From positions 32,837 through 96,836 of the forward strand of contig JAABTH010000009.1 in assembly GCA_011389985.1 (NCBI GenBank): a DNA stretch of 64,000 bases, given 5' to 3'. A program made the translations under genes and the position numbers. Positions 18,432 through 26,940 of the stretch are shown here, one piece after another; position 1 is the stretch's first letter; each line of letters opens with the position of its first letter. The stretch is from Bacillota bacterium. GTDB lineage: Bacteria; Bacillota; Dethiobacteria; DTU022. The notes under the pieces were generated by a model. That model saw only the letters and a list, made by a program, of their open reading frames with translations. It was not told where the DNA came from and did not search any database.

Positions 18432-21400
18432 ATGGATTATAAGGCCCCACGCGGCACCCGCGACATACTACCGGACGAAGCTTTAAAATGGCAATATCTC
18501 GAGACAAAATACAGGAATTATTGTGAACTCTACGGTTTTGGTGAAATCCGCACTCCCATATTCGAACAGACCGAGCTGTTTGCCCGCAGTGTTGGCGAAG
18601 AGAGCGATATTGTTTCGAAAGAAATGTATTCTTTTAAAGATCGAAGCGGGCGTGAACTTACACTGCGCCCGGAGCTTACTGCTGCTGTAGCACGAGCCTA
18701 CCTTGAGAATAATATGGGAGAAAAATCCCAACCGGTAAAGCTCTACTACAGTGGACCCATGTTTCGCTATGATCGACCCCAGGCCGGCCGTTACCGCCAG
18801 TTTCATCAGTTTGGCCTGGAGATTATCGGAGCAGAGAATGCAGCCGCTGATACGGAGATCATCTCATTTTGCTATCACTTCTTTAAATATCTGCAGATTG
18901 AAAACCTGGCAATTGAACTTAACAGTGTGGGCTGCCCGGTCTGCCGCCCGGGCTATCGGGATGTTTTGATGCCTTATCTTGAGAACATTCAGGATGGCCT
19001 CTGCGGTGATTGTCACAGGCGTTACAAAACCAATCCCATGCGTGTCCTTGACTGCAAGGAAGAAAGCTGCAAAAGCTTAATAGCCGGCGCACCGCGTATG
19101 ACCGAGCATCTCTGTAGCGACTGCGAAAAACATTTTAACGATCTTCAGTCATATCTACACAAACTGCAGATACCTTATAATCTCAACAGCAGCCTGGTTA
19201 GGGGCCTTGATTACTATACCCGTACTGCTTTTGAGATAACAGCCGGCAGTTTGGGTTCACAGTCGTCAATCTGTGGCGGCGGTCGCTATGATCATCTCGT
19301 TGAACACATTGGCGGCCCTTATACTCCGGCAGTGGGTGTTGCATTCGGCAAAGAAAGAGTTATGCTGGCCATGGACTGGTCAAAGGCCTCTTTTGAGACA
19401 GCTCCTCCTGTTTTTATTGCAACCGCCGGAGTCAACCTTGAGGGTGAAGCCCTTCTTTTAGCCGATCAACTAAGAAGCCGCGAAGTAGCAGCTGAGACTG
19501 ATCTTATTGGTAGAAGTCTTAAAGCCCAGATGAAGTATGCCGGACGTCAAAAATATGAAAAAGTAGTGATTATTGGTGAAGATGAAATAGAAAAAGGCCT
19601 TGTCACTATGCGTGATATGGATGGCGGCAACCAGGAAGAGATAACCCGCGAAGCATTATTCTCAGCTCTGCAACAGGAATCAAGTGAGGCCGGAGAAACC
19701 GAAAAAGTAATCAAGGCAGAACTTACCCTGCCCGATCCGGATGCAGATGTCGATAAAACACATTATTGCGGCCTGCTTGATCGATCCCATGCCGGAAAAC
19801 GGATCAAACTGGCCGGTTGGGTTGGCCGTCGCCGCGACCACGGTGGCTTAATCTTTATAGATCTGCGCGATCGCAGCGGCATTATGCAGCTTGTATTCGA
19901 TCAACGCCTTGGCCTGGAATTGTTTAACCAGTCTGAAAGCCTGCGCAGTGAGTATGTTATTGCGGTAGAAGGTGAAGTAGTTAAAAGAACCGATGAAAAT
20001 ATAAACCCCTCACTGCCAACCGGTGAAATTGAGTTATATGTTGACGGGATGAAGATCTTAAACAAATCTAAAACTCCGCCATTCTACATTGAAGATGATC
20101 TAAATGTTGATGAAAACCTTCGCCTGCGTTACCGCTATCTTGACTTAAGAAGACCGGAAATGTTAAAACGTTTGCAGCTTCGTCACCGGGCGGTTAAGGT
20201 AGTTCGGGATTACATGGACAAGTATGATTTTCTGGAAGTTGAAACCCCCCTGTTAACGCGGAGCACCCCGGAAGGGGCCAGAGATTTTCTGGTTCCCAGC
20301 CGTATGCATAATAGTTCATTTTATGCCCTGCCGCAATCGCCTCAGCTTTTTAAGCAGCTCTTAATGGTAAGTGGAATAGAGCGATATTTTCAGATCGCCC
20401 GCTGTTTCCGGGATGAAGATTTGCGAGCTGACCGCCAGCCTGAATTTACTCAGATTGATATAGAAACCTCATTTTTCGGCAGCGAAAATCTTTACGCTTT
20501 GCTCGAAGGTTTGATGGCCAAACTATGGCATGATCTGCATGGGGTAAAGTTAGAACTGCCATTTATGCGAATGCCCTACAAAGAAGCGATGAATCGCTTT
20601 GGCTCCGACAAACCGGATTTGCGCTTTGGCATGGAGCTGATCGATATCGGCGATCTCGCTTCAAAGAGCAATTTCAAAGTATTTAAAACTGCCCTGGAGA
20701 CAGGCGGCTCTGTAAAAGGTTTACGGGTAGCAGGCGGCAGCACTATGAGTCGCAAAGATCTTGATGATCTTACCCTCTTTGCAAGGCAGCTTGGCGCAAA
20801 AGGCCTGGCCTGGACCTTTATCGAAGCAGAGGGTTGGCGTTCGCCAATCAGTAAGTTCTTTGACCAGGACTTGATGCTGGAAATTACTTCGCGCATGGAA
20901 GCTGAAGCAGGAGATGTCTTGCTTTTTGTTGCCGACAGTTGGGAAACAACGTGCCAGGTGCTTGGGCACCTGAGGATTAGGCTGGCTCCTGAAGATATTA
21001 CTGATGAGCCTCATTTCCTTTGGGTCATAGATTTTCCCCTCTTTCATTATGATGCAGAAGAAAAACGTTATGATTCAGACCATCATCCTTTTACAGCTCC
21101 AAGAATTGAAGATTTACCCATACTCGAAAATGATCCTCTCGCTGTCCGGGCTCAGGCTTACGACCTGGTCCTTAACGGGGTTGAGTTGGGTGGTGGCAGT
21201 ATCCGTATTCATGATAGCGATACTCAGGCCAGAATATTTAAATTGCTTGGCTTAACAGAAGAAGAAACTAAGGAAAAATTCGGTTTCCTGCTTGAAGCAC
21301 TCTCCTATGGCGCTCCACCGCATGGAGGACTTGCGCTTGGCCTCGATCGGTTGATAGCCCTGCTAAGTGGCGACGAATCTATCCGTCAGGTGATGTCTTT

Positions 21401-21506
21401 TCCGAAAACAGCGGCGGCCAGCTGCCTGATGACCGGTGCCCCGGCTTTTGTTGATGAAAAGCAGCTTAATGAACTAAAAATACAAATAAAACCTTTAGAG
21501 GAATAA
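18432..21506 (+). CDS. hisS-aspS: Fused histidine--tRNA ligase / aspartate--tRNA ligase (1024 aa)
   Basis: HisRS part: APRGTRD, LRPELTA, FRYDRPQAGRYRQFHQ, VRGLDYY, GGGRYD and the anticodon domain. Then a 28-aa linker. AspRS part: THYCG, RRDHGGLIFIDLRD, LPQSPQLFKQ, RCFRDEDLRADRQPEFTQID, HHPFT, PPHGGLALGLDR. No stop between them. ATG 18432 follows GGAGAGGAG. Confidence 0.93.
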   Translation: MDYKAPRGTRDILPDEALKWQYLETKYRNYCELYGFGEIRTPIFEQTELFARSVGEESDIVSKEMYSFKDRSGRELTLRPELTAAVARAYLENNMGEKSQPVKLYYSGPMFRYDRPQAGRYRQFHQFGLEIIGAENAAADTEIISFCYHFFKYLQIENLAIELNSVGCPVCRPGYRDVLMPYLENIQDGLCGDCHRRYKTNPMRVLDCKEESCKSLIAGAPRMTEHLCSDCEKHFNDLQSYLHKLQIPYNLNSSLVRGLDYYTRTAFEITAGSLGSQSSICGGGRYDHLVEHIGGPYTPAVGVAFGKERVMLAMDWSKASFETAPPVFIATAGVNLEGEALLLADQLRSREVAAETDLIGRSLKAQMKYAGRQKYEKVVIIGEDEIEKGLVTMRDMDGGNQEEITREALFSALQQESSEAGETEKVIKAELTLPDPDADVDKTHYCGLLDRSHAGKRIKLAGWVGRRRDHGGLIFIDLRDRSGIMQLVFDQRLGLELFNQSESLRSEYVIAVEGEVVKRTDENINPSLPTGEIELYVDGMKILNKSKTPPFYIEDDLNVDENLRLRYRYLDLRRPEMLKRLQLRHRAVKVVRDYMDKYDFLEVETPLLTRSTPEGARDFLVPSRMHNSSFYALPQSPQLFKQLLMVSGIERYFQIARCFRDEDLRADRQPEFTQIDIETSFFGSENLYALLEGLMAKLWHDLHGVKLELPFMRMPYKEAMNRFGSDKPDLRFGMELIDIGDLASKSNFKVFKTALETGGSVKGLRVAGGSTMSRKDLDDLTLFARQLGAKGLAWTFIEAEGWRSPISKFFDQDLMLEITSRMEAEAGDVLLFVADSWETTCQVLGHLRIRLAPEDITDEPHFLWVIDFPLFHYDAEEKRYDSDHHPFTAPRIEDLPILENDPLAVRAQAYDLVLNGVELGGGSIRIHDSDTQARIFKLLGLTEEETKEKFGFLLEALSYGAPPHGGLALGLDRLIALLSGDESIRQVMSFPKTAAASCLMTGAPAFVDEKQLNELKIQIKPLEE

Positions 21507-21531
21507 TAATGCAGATATCTATAAGTATATC

Positions 21532-21560
21532 TTGCGATTGAGCTGTTTTTGTGCTATGAT
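21532..21560 (+). promoter_or_regulatory. sigma-A promoter for 6S RNA
   Basis: TTGCGA-17 bp-TATGAT with TGn extension. Confidence 0.7.
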
Positions 21561-21588
21561 TTTATTGGAAAAACTTAGTTAAAAATTG

Positions 21589-21767
21589 AAAACCCTGCTG
21601 TGTTCGTGACAACCGATAAAGTTTTGAGCTAACACTTATTATACGGGAACCCGGACTTCAGCTGCAGCGCAGCAGCCTTTGCAAAGAGGACCTGTAAACC
21701 AGTTGAGTAGGTACCCACCTTTCGGGGGAACAGTTCAAAACAACGGCCCACGGCATGGCGGGGTTTT
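21589..21767 (+). ncRNA. ssrS: 6S RNA
   Basis: About 180 nt with complementary ends (AAAACCCTGCTGTGTTCGTG ... CACGGCATGGCGGGGTTT) and Firmicute 6S-like motifs (GGTACCCACCT..CAGTTCAAAAC); the position after aspS is the known Firmicute locus. Confidence 0.88.
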
Positions 21768-21783
21768 TTATTGTCTTTTAGCG

Positions 21784-21792
21784 TGCTATAAT
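21784..21792 (+). promoter_or_regulatory. Extended -10 promoter for mgtE
   Basis: TGCTATAAT just downstream of the 6S 3' end. Confidence 0.5.
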
Positions 21793-21847
21793 CTAAGAAG
21801 TTTGGCATAAAATATCTATTTTATTCTTGGCCAGGGAGGTGGGAAAG

Positions 21848-23170
21848 TTGTCAGTTGAGCATGTTTATCTTCTAATCAGCCGTGAACTTAAAGCAGGCGT
21901 CCACCCGGGAGATCTTGTTGATTTATTTGAAGAGCTGAACATAGAGCAAAAAGTAGAATTAGTGCAGAAGCTTTCTGATGACGATGCCGCCCTTATATTC
22001 CAGGAGATGGAGGATTTTGAACAGGCTGAAATCCTTCGTCTGCTCGAGCAAAGTAAGGCAAAAACAATCCTTGGCAATATGGCGTCCGATGATGCAGCCG
22101 ACCTGATCGGTGAGCTCTCGCCTGAGGAAGCCGATCAGATGATGCAGCTGATTGGTGAGGAAGAGCCGATGGATTTCGGCGATCTGCTTAAATACCCGGA
22201 AGAAAGTGCCGGCGGGATTATGACCACCGAGTATATTTCTCTTCCGGCCGATATTCCCGTTGAAGAGGCGATTGCCCGGCTCAGGGAAATAGCGCCAAAA
22301 GCAGAAACAATATATTACGTTTACGTTGTTGATGAAGAAGGACGCTTAATCGGTGTCCTTTCACTTCGCGATCTTGTCGCTTCATCTGACGGCATAATGC
22401 TAAAAGATATCATGCGCAGAAATGTAATAAATGTAAATGCTGAGCTTGACCAGGAGGAAGTCGCCCGGGTTGTTTCCAAATATGATCTTCTTGCTGTTCC
22501 TGTTGTTGATGATCAGGAGCGCCTGCTTGGAATTATTACTGTCGATGACATTATTGATGTTTTGGAACAGGAAGCCACCGAGGATATCTATCGTTTAGCC
22601 GGTGCCGGTGAAGTTGAAGGTGTTGAATTAACTAAAGCCCCTGTTTCTAAAGTTGTACGCCTGAGATTACCCTGGCTTTTGGTTACAATGGTAGGCGGAG
22701 TTTTTTCAGGTAGCGTAATCAGGGTATATGCAAGCACCCTTGAGGCGATAGTTATGCTCGCTGCCTTTATTCCTGTCATTATGGGCATGGGTGGTAATGT
22801 AGGAACCCAGTCCTCAACTATTTTCGTTCGTGGATTGGCTACAGGAGAAATTGATAAGAACGAGGTTTGGGTTTATTTCTTCAGGGAAATAAGGGTTGGT
22901 CTGGCCATGGGCGCGTTTTGCGGTTTTTTTATGTCTGTAATAGCTCTCATATGGCAGAGCAATGTATACCTTGGATTAGTTGTAGGTATCTCAATGCTGA
23001 TTACTGTCAGTTTTGCAACTTTAATCGGCACTCTTGTTCCCCTGATTCTTAATATGTTCAATATTGACCCGGCTATTACAGCAGGACCTTTTGTTACAAC
23101 TATTAAGGACTTCACCGGCCTTCTGATTTATTTCCTGGTTGCTTCGGCTTTTCTGGAATATCTGAGATAA
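21848..23170 (+). CDS. mgtE: Magnesium transporter MgtE
   Basis: MgtE_N, CBS pair (YPEESAGGIMT, GIITVDD), TM motifs MGMGGNVGTQ and DPAITAGPFVTTIKD; TTG 21848 after GGAGGT. Confidence 0.96.
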   Translation: MSVEHVYLLISRELKAGVHPGDLVDLFEELNIEQKVELVQKLSDDDAALIFQEMEDFEQAEILRLLEQSKAKTILGNMASDDAADLIGELSPEEADQMMQLIGEEEPMDFGDLLKYPEESAGGIMTTEYISLPADIPVEEAIARLREIAPKAETIYYVYVVDEEGRLIGVLSLRDLVASSDGIMLKDIMRRNVINVNAELDQEEVARVVSKYDLLAVPVVDDQERLLGIITVDDIIDVLEQEATEDIYRLAGAGEVEGVELTKAPVSKVVRLRLPWLLVTMVGGVFSGSVIRVYASTLEAIVMLAAFIPVIMGMGGNVGTQSSTIFVRGLATGEIDKNEVWVYFFREIRVGLAMGAFCGFFMSVIALIWQSNVYLGLVVGISMLITVSFATLIGTLVPLILNMFNIDPAITAGPFVTTIKDFTGLLIYFLVASAFLEYLR

Positions 23171-23244
23171 GCCAAAAAGTGGAAAATTGCGGGAAGAGAA
23201 GAAAATAAAGAGATTAAATAGAAAAATAAGTAAATAATTGGAAT

Positions 23245-23285
23245 AAAAGAGGAATTGTATGGTAAATTTCCTCTTTTTTTTATAT
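23245..23285 (+). terminator. Intrinsic terminator after mgtE
   Basis: AAAAGAGGAA...TTCCTCTTTT followed by a T tract. Confidence 0.7.
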
Positions 23286-23300
23286 TTTTTTAAAAAAATT

Positions 23301-23327
23301 GCAGGATAATGGTAAAAAGGGTTGAAA
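23301..23327 (+). promoter_or_regulatory. sigma-H-like promoter upstream of mraZ
   Basis: GCAGGATAA-11 bp-GTTGAAA; overlaps a possible sigma-A TTGAAA-17-TAAAGT. Confidence 0.45.
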
Positions 23328-23335
23328 TATAGAGT

Positions 23336-23365
23336 AAAGTGGTGTAAAGTGGTGGAAAGTGGTTG
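23336..23365 (+). promoter_or_regulatory. MraZ operator: three direct repeats with 10-bp period
   Basis: AAAGTGGTGT AAAGTGGTGG AAAGTGGTTG directly upstream of mraZ; matches the known GTGG-repeat MraZ boxes. Confidence 0.85.
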
Positions 23366-23391
23366 TAAATGCCCCGTATGGAGGCGAACGT

Positions 23392-23823
23392 ATGTTCACT
23401 GGCGAATTTCAGCATAGTTTGGATGCAAAGGGCAGGGTCATCATGCCGTCGCGGTTACGTGAAGGTTTAGGTGAGAAATTTGTTGTCACCCGGGGCCTCG
23501 ATCATTGCCTTTTTGTCTATCCCGGTAATCAGTGGACGCGCTTGGAGCAGAAGCTCAGTCAGCAACCTTTTACGAAGAAAGATTCAAGGGCTTTTAACCG
23601 CTTTTTCTTTTCGGGAGCGATGGAGGTAGAGGCCGATAAGCAAGGCAGGGTTCTTATACCACAGTACCTGAGAGATTATGCCGGTATAGAAAAAGAGGTA
23701 ATGATTATCGGTGTGGCCGACAGGGTTGAAATATGGGATGAAGCTTCCTTGAAGGAATATTTTGGTAATGCTGATGATAACTTCGAAGAGCTTGCTGAAA
23801 AACTGGTTGATTTTGATCTCTAA
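23392..23823 (+). CDS. mraZ: Division/cell-wall cluster transcriptional repressor MraZ
   Basis: [34 protein letters not shown]. Confidence 0.97.
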   Translation: MFTGEFQHSLDAKGRVIMPSRLREGLGEKFVVTRGLDHCLFVYPGNQWTRLEQKLSQQPFTKKDSRAFNRFFFSGAMEVEADKQGRVLIPQYLRDYAGIEKEVMIIGVADRVEIWDEASLKEYFGNADDNFEELAEKLVDFDL

Positions 23824-23837
23824 AGTGGTGAAGCATT

Positions 23838-24800
23838 ATGGTTGAGCTGCACCTGCCGGTAATGGAAAAAGAGGTTTTGCACTACCTGGTCGGCAGCATT
23901 GAAGGAACCTATGTCGATGCCACTCTGGGTGATGGCGGACATGCTGAAGCAATTTGCCGCCAACTGAACGGTAAGGGAAGATTAATTGGCCTTGATTGGG
24001 ATGTAGATGCTCTTCAGCGGGCAAAAGAGAGGCTTGCACCATATAAAGACAGGGTCACTTTTATACATGAAAGCTATACACAGCTTGAGAAAGTGCTTAA
24101 GCAGCTGGATTTACCATTAGTAGATGGCATACTGATCGATCTGGGCGCTTCCACATTACAGCTAATGGATCCTGCTCGGGGGTTTTCATTCCATCACCAG
24201 GGCGATTTGGATATGCGTATGGATCGTCGTCAGTCCTTGACGGCTAAAGAGATAGTAAATGAATACAGTTACGATCAGCTGTCAGATATATTCTTTCGCT
24301 ACGGAGAAGAGAGATGGTCGAAGCGTATAGCGGCAAGAATTGTCCGGTTTCGTGAACAGGAAGGGTTATTTACCGATAGCAAAAAGCTGGCAGAGGTAGT
24401 TAAAGAAGCCGTTCCCGCCAGATATCGCAGACATGGCGGTCACCCGTCACGTAAAGTATTTCAGGCTTTGCGCCTTGCAGTAAACGGGGAATTAGAAAAC
24501 ATTTCGATAGTTTTGCCCCAAACAGTCAGTTCACTGGCACCTGGTGGAAGAATATGCGTCATAGCTTATCATTCTCTGGAAGATCGACTAATTAAATTGT
24601 TTTTTCGCGAAAAGGCAAAACCTTGTGATTGTCCGCCATACAGGCCCTGCATATGTGAAGAAGAGCCTGAATTAAAAATATTAACCGGTAAAGCGGTAAA
24701 AGCATCTGATGAAGAGATTAACTGTAACCCCCGGGCTCGCAGTGCCCGGTTGAGAGCGGCGGAACGAAGGGGTACAGCTTATAAGAAAGCAGGTATATGA
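23838..24800 (+). CDS. rsmH: 16S rRNA m4C1402 methyltransferase
   Basis: HLPVM, DATLGDGGH, DLGAS, LDMRMD, YHSLEDR, NPRARSARLR. Confidence 0.97.
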   Translation: MVELHLPVMEKEVLHYLVGSIEGTYVDATLGDGGHAEAICRQLNGKGRLIGLDWDVDALQRAKERLAPYKDRVTFIHESYTQLEKVLKQLDLPLVDGILIDLGASTLQLMDPARGFSFHHQGDLDMRMDRRQSLTAKEIVNEYSYDQLSDIFFRYGEERWSKRIAARIVRFREQEGLFTDSKKLAEVVKEAVPARYRRHGGHPSRKVFQALRLAVNGELENISIVLPQTVSSLAPGGRICVIAYHSLEDRLIKLFFREKAKPCDCPPYRPCICEEEPELKILTGKAVKASDEEINCNPRARSARLRAAERRGTAYKKAGI

Positions 24801-24801
24801 T

Positions 24802-25191
24802 ATGCAGCAGGCGAGACAGCTATCTACAGTCGGCAGGATAATATCTCCGGTGCATCCAGCGAAGAGCCCCCAGACCAGGCCTGAGCCGGGTCGCAGGGTT
24901 AAAAAGCTTAAATTGTTAGTTATAATATCTCTCTGTTTTTTACTCAGTCTGGTAGTTGTGGCTCAGTATTCATCACTGGTAATCCTAAATTACAGGGTGA
25001 GCTCAGCCAGAGCTGAGTTAGCAGTAATACAGGAGGCTTCAAGGGTGCTTGAACTTGAAATAGCCCAGTTAAGCTCCATCGGTAGAATAGATCAAATTGC
25101 CCGGGAAGAACTGGGCATGATTGATCCGGAAATAGACCAGCTAAGGGTGCTTGCGGTTGGCCGAAACGGTAGCAGCCGTTTGGGAGAGTGA
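24802..25191 (+). CDS. ftsL: Cell division protein FtsL
   Basis: Single TM, coiled coil, IDQIAREELGM; follows rsmH. Confidence 0.8.
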   Translation: MQQARQLSTVGRIISPVHPAKSPQTRPEPGRRVKKLKLLVIISLCFLLSLVVVAQYSSLVILNYRVSSARAELAVIQEASRVLELEIAQLSSIGRIDQIAREELGMIDPEIDQLRVLAVGRNGSSRLGE

Positions 25192-25197
25192 AGATAA

Positions 25198-26925
25198 ATG
25201 GCTGAATTCTCGGTGAGCCGGGCAATGGTCAGGAAAAGATTAATCTTTGGGTTTATTATAACTCTCATTATTGTCTTTCTCTTGATCAGCAGGTTAGCCT
25301 GGATTCAGATAGCGCGTGCAGACGAACTCTACGATCAGGCCTGGGAACAGTGGAACCATGCAATAACTGTCAGCACAGACAGAGGTTCAATCTATGATCG
25401 GCACGGTAGGCTGCTGGCAGGCACAAGACAGGCGCAAACAATTGCGGCAATACCGCCCCAGGTAGAAGATCCCCGGGCGGCAGCCGAGGCGCTGGCCCCG
25501 GTTCTGAATATGGATATTGAGAATATTATTGAACTGATTACCCTGGAACGCAGCGCAGTATATATCAAGCGAAAGGTTGAGCCTGAAATTACTGAGGCAG
25601 TGCGTGAAATGAATATACCGGGAATAGTATTTTTTAACGAAGAAAAACGAGATTACCCCGGAGGGAACCTGGCCTCTCAGTTGCTTGGCTTCGTCGGTAT
25701 GGATCAGGGCTGGTCCGGTATCGAAGTTTATTACGAAGACTATCTAAGCGGTAGTGAAGGAAGATTGCTTTTCCCCGCTGATGCCTGGGGTCGTCAGGTT
25801 CCCCATGATTTTAACCGGTTCGTGGAACCAAAGCAGGGTTTTGATCTTTACCTGGCAATTGACGAGACTATACAGCACATAGTAGAAAAGGAGCTTAACC
25901 GTATTATGGAAGAAGCAGCGCCGGTAAAGGCTATGGCAGTTGCAGTAGACCCGAATAGCGGGGCTGTGCTTGCAGTATCGTCCAAGCCCGATTTTGAACC
26001 TGCGAATTATGAAAATTATAATCCTGATAGCTGGACCCTGGCCCCTTTTACTTCGTCATTTGAACCGGGTTCGACTTTTAAAATGGTTACACTGGCAGCT
26101 GTTTTGGAAGAGGGCATTTTTAACGGTGATGAATATTTCCACTGCCAGGGACATGTAACAATCAGTGGTAGAAGAATTAACTGCTGGACAGTAGATCGTG
26201 GTGGACATGGTGATATAACCTTTCGTGAAGCTGTCGGCGGTTCCTGTAACCTGGCCTTTATCGAACTTGGAAGCAGGTTGGGAAAAGAAAAGCTATTTGA
26301 ATATATTGAAGCCTTTGGTTTTGGAACATTAACAGGTATTGATTATCCTGGTGAAAGCCCCGGTCTGGTTTTTCAACCGGACTCTCAGGGGACCTTGGAA
26401 CTGGCAACAACTTCTTTTGGACAGGGCATATCGGTTACGCCTATACAGCAGGTAATGGCAGTAGCGGCAATGGCTAATGGAGGTTATTTATATAAACCGT
26501 ACATTTTAGATAAAATATTGAACTTGGATGGTGAAACAGTATATCAAAAGAAACCGGAAATGGTCCGGCAGGTTATTTCTGCCGAAACATCAAGTGAGCT
26601 GGTTGAATTAATGGAGAGCGTTATCCTCGAAGGAACAGGTTCTACTGCAAACCTTGAGGGATACAGGGCCGCCGGTAAGACCGGAACGGCTGAAAAGCTT
26701 GACGCGGATGGAACCTATAGCAGCACTGACTTTGTCTACTCTTTTGTGGGTTTTGCCCCGCTAGAAGATCCACGGCTGGTGCTTTATGTTGCCGTTGACA
26801 GTGTAAGCAGGGGCCCCAGGTTTGGTTCACATACAAGCGCTCCCTTATTTAAGAGAATTATGGAAGATTCATTAAATTATCTGCTTGTGAGCCCTACCGA
26901 GCTTTCGGCTCAGGAAGGTGAATAA
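25198..26925 (+). CDS. Class B penicillin-binding protein (FtsI/SpoVD-like), no PASTA domain
   Basis: RGSIYDR, EPGSTFK (SxxK), SCN (SxN), GKTGTA (KTG). Confidence 0.9.
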   Translation: MAEFSVSRAMVRKRLIFGFIITLIIVFLLISRLAWIQIARADELYDQAWEQWNHAITVSTDRGSIYDRHGRLLAGTRQAQTIAAIPPQVEDPRAAAEALAPVLNMDIENIIELITLERSAVYIKRKVEPEITEAVREMNIPGIVFFNEEKRDYPGGNLASQLLGFVGMDQGWSGIEVYYEDYLSGSEGRLLFPADAWGRQVPHDFNRFVEPKQGFDLYLAIDETIQHIVEKELNRIMEEAAPVKAMAVAVDPNSGAVLAVSSKPDFEPANYENYNPDSWTLAPFTSSFEPGSTFKMVTLAAVLEEGIFNGDEYFHCQGHVTISGRRINCWTVDRGGHGDITFREAVGGSCNLAFIELGSRLGKEKLFEYIEAFGFGTLTGIDYPGESPGLVFQPDSQGTLELATTSFGQGISVTPIQQVMAVAAMANGGYLYKPYILDKILNLDGETVYQKKPEMVRQVISAETSSELVELMESVILEGTGSTANLEGYRAAGKTGTAEKLDADGTYSSTDFVYSFVGFAPLEDPRLVLYVAVDSVSRGPRFGSHTSAPLFKRIMEDSLNYLLVSPTELSAQEGE

Positions 26926-26940
26926 AAGGAGAAAAGATTA

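Noticed and set aside
21793-21847. Possible M-box riboswitch upstream of mgtE
   Set aside because: The leader is only about 50 nt, and the structured RNA upstream is the 6S gene
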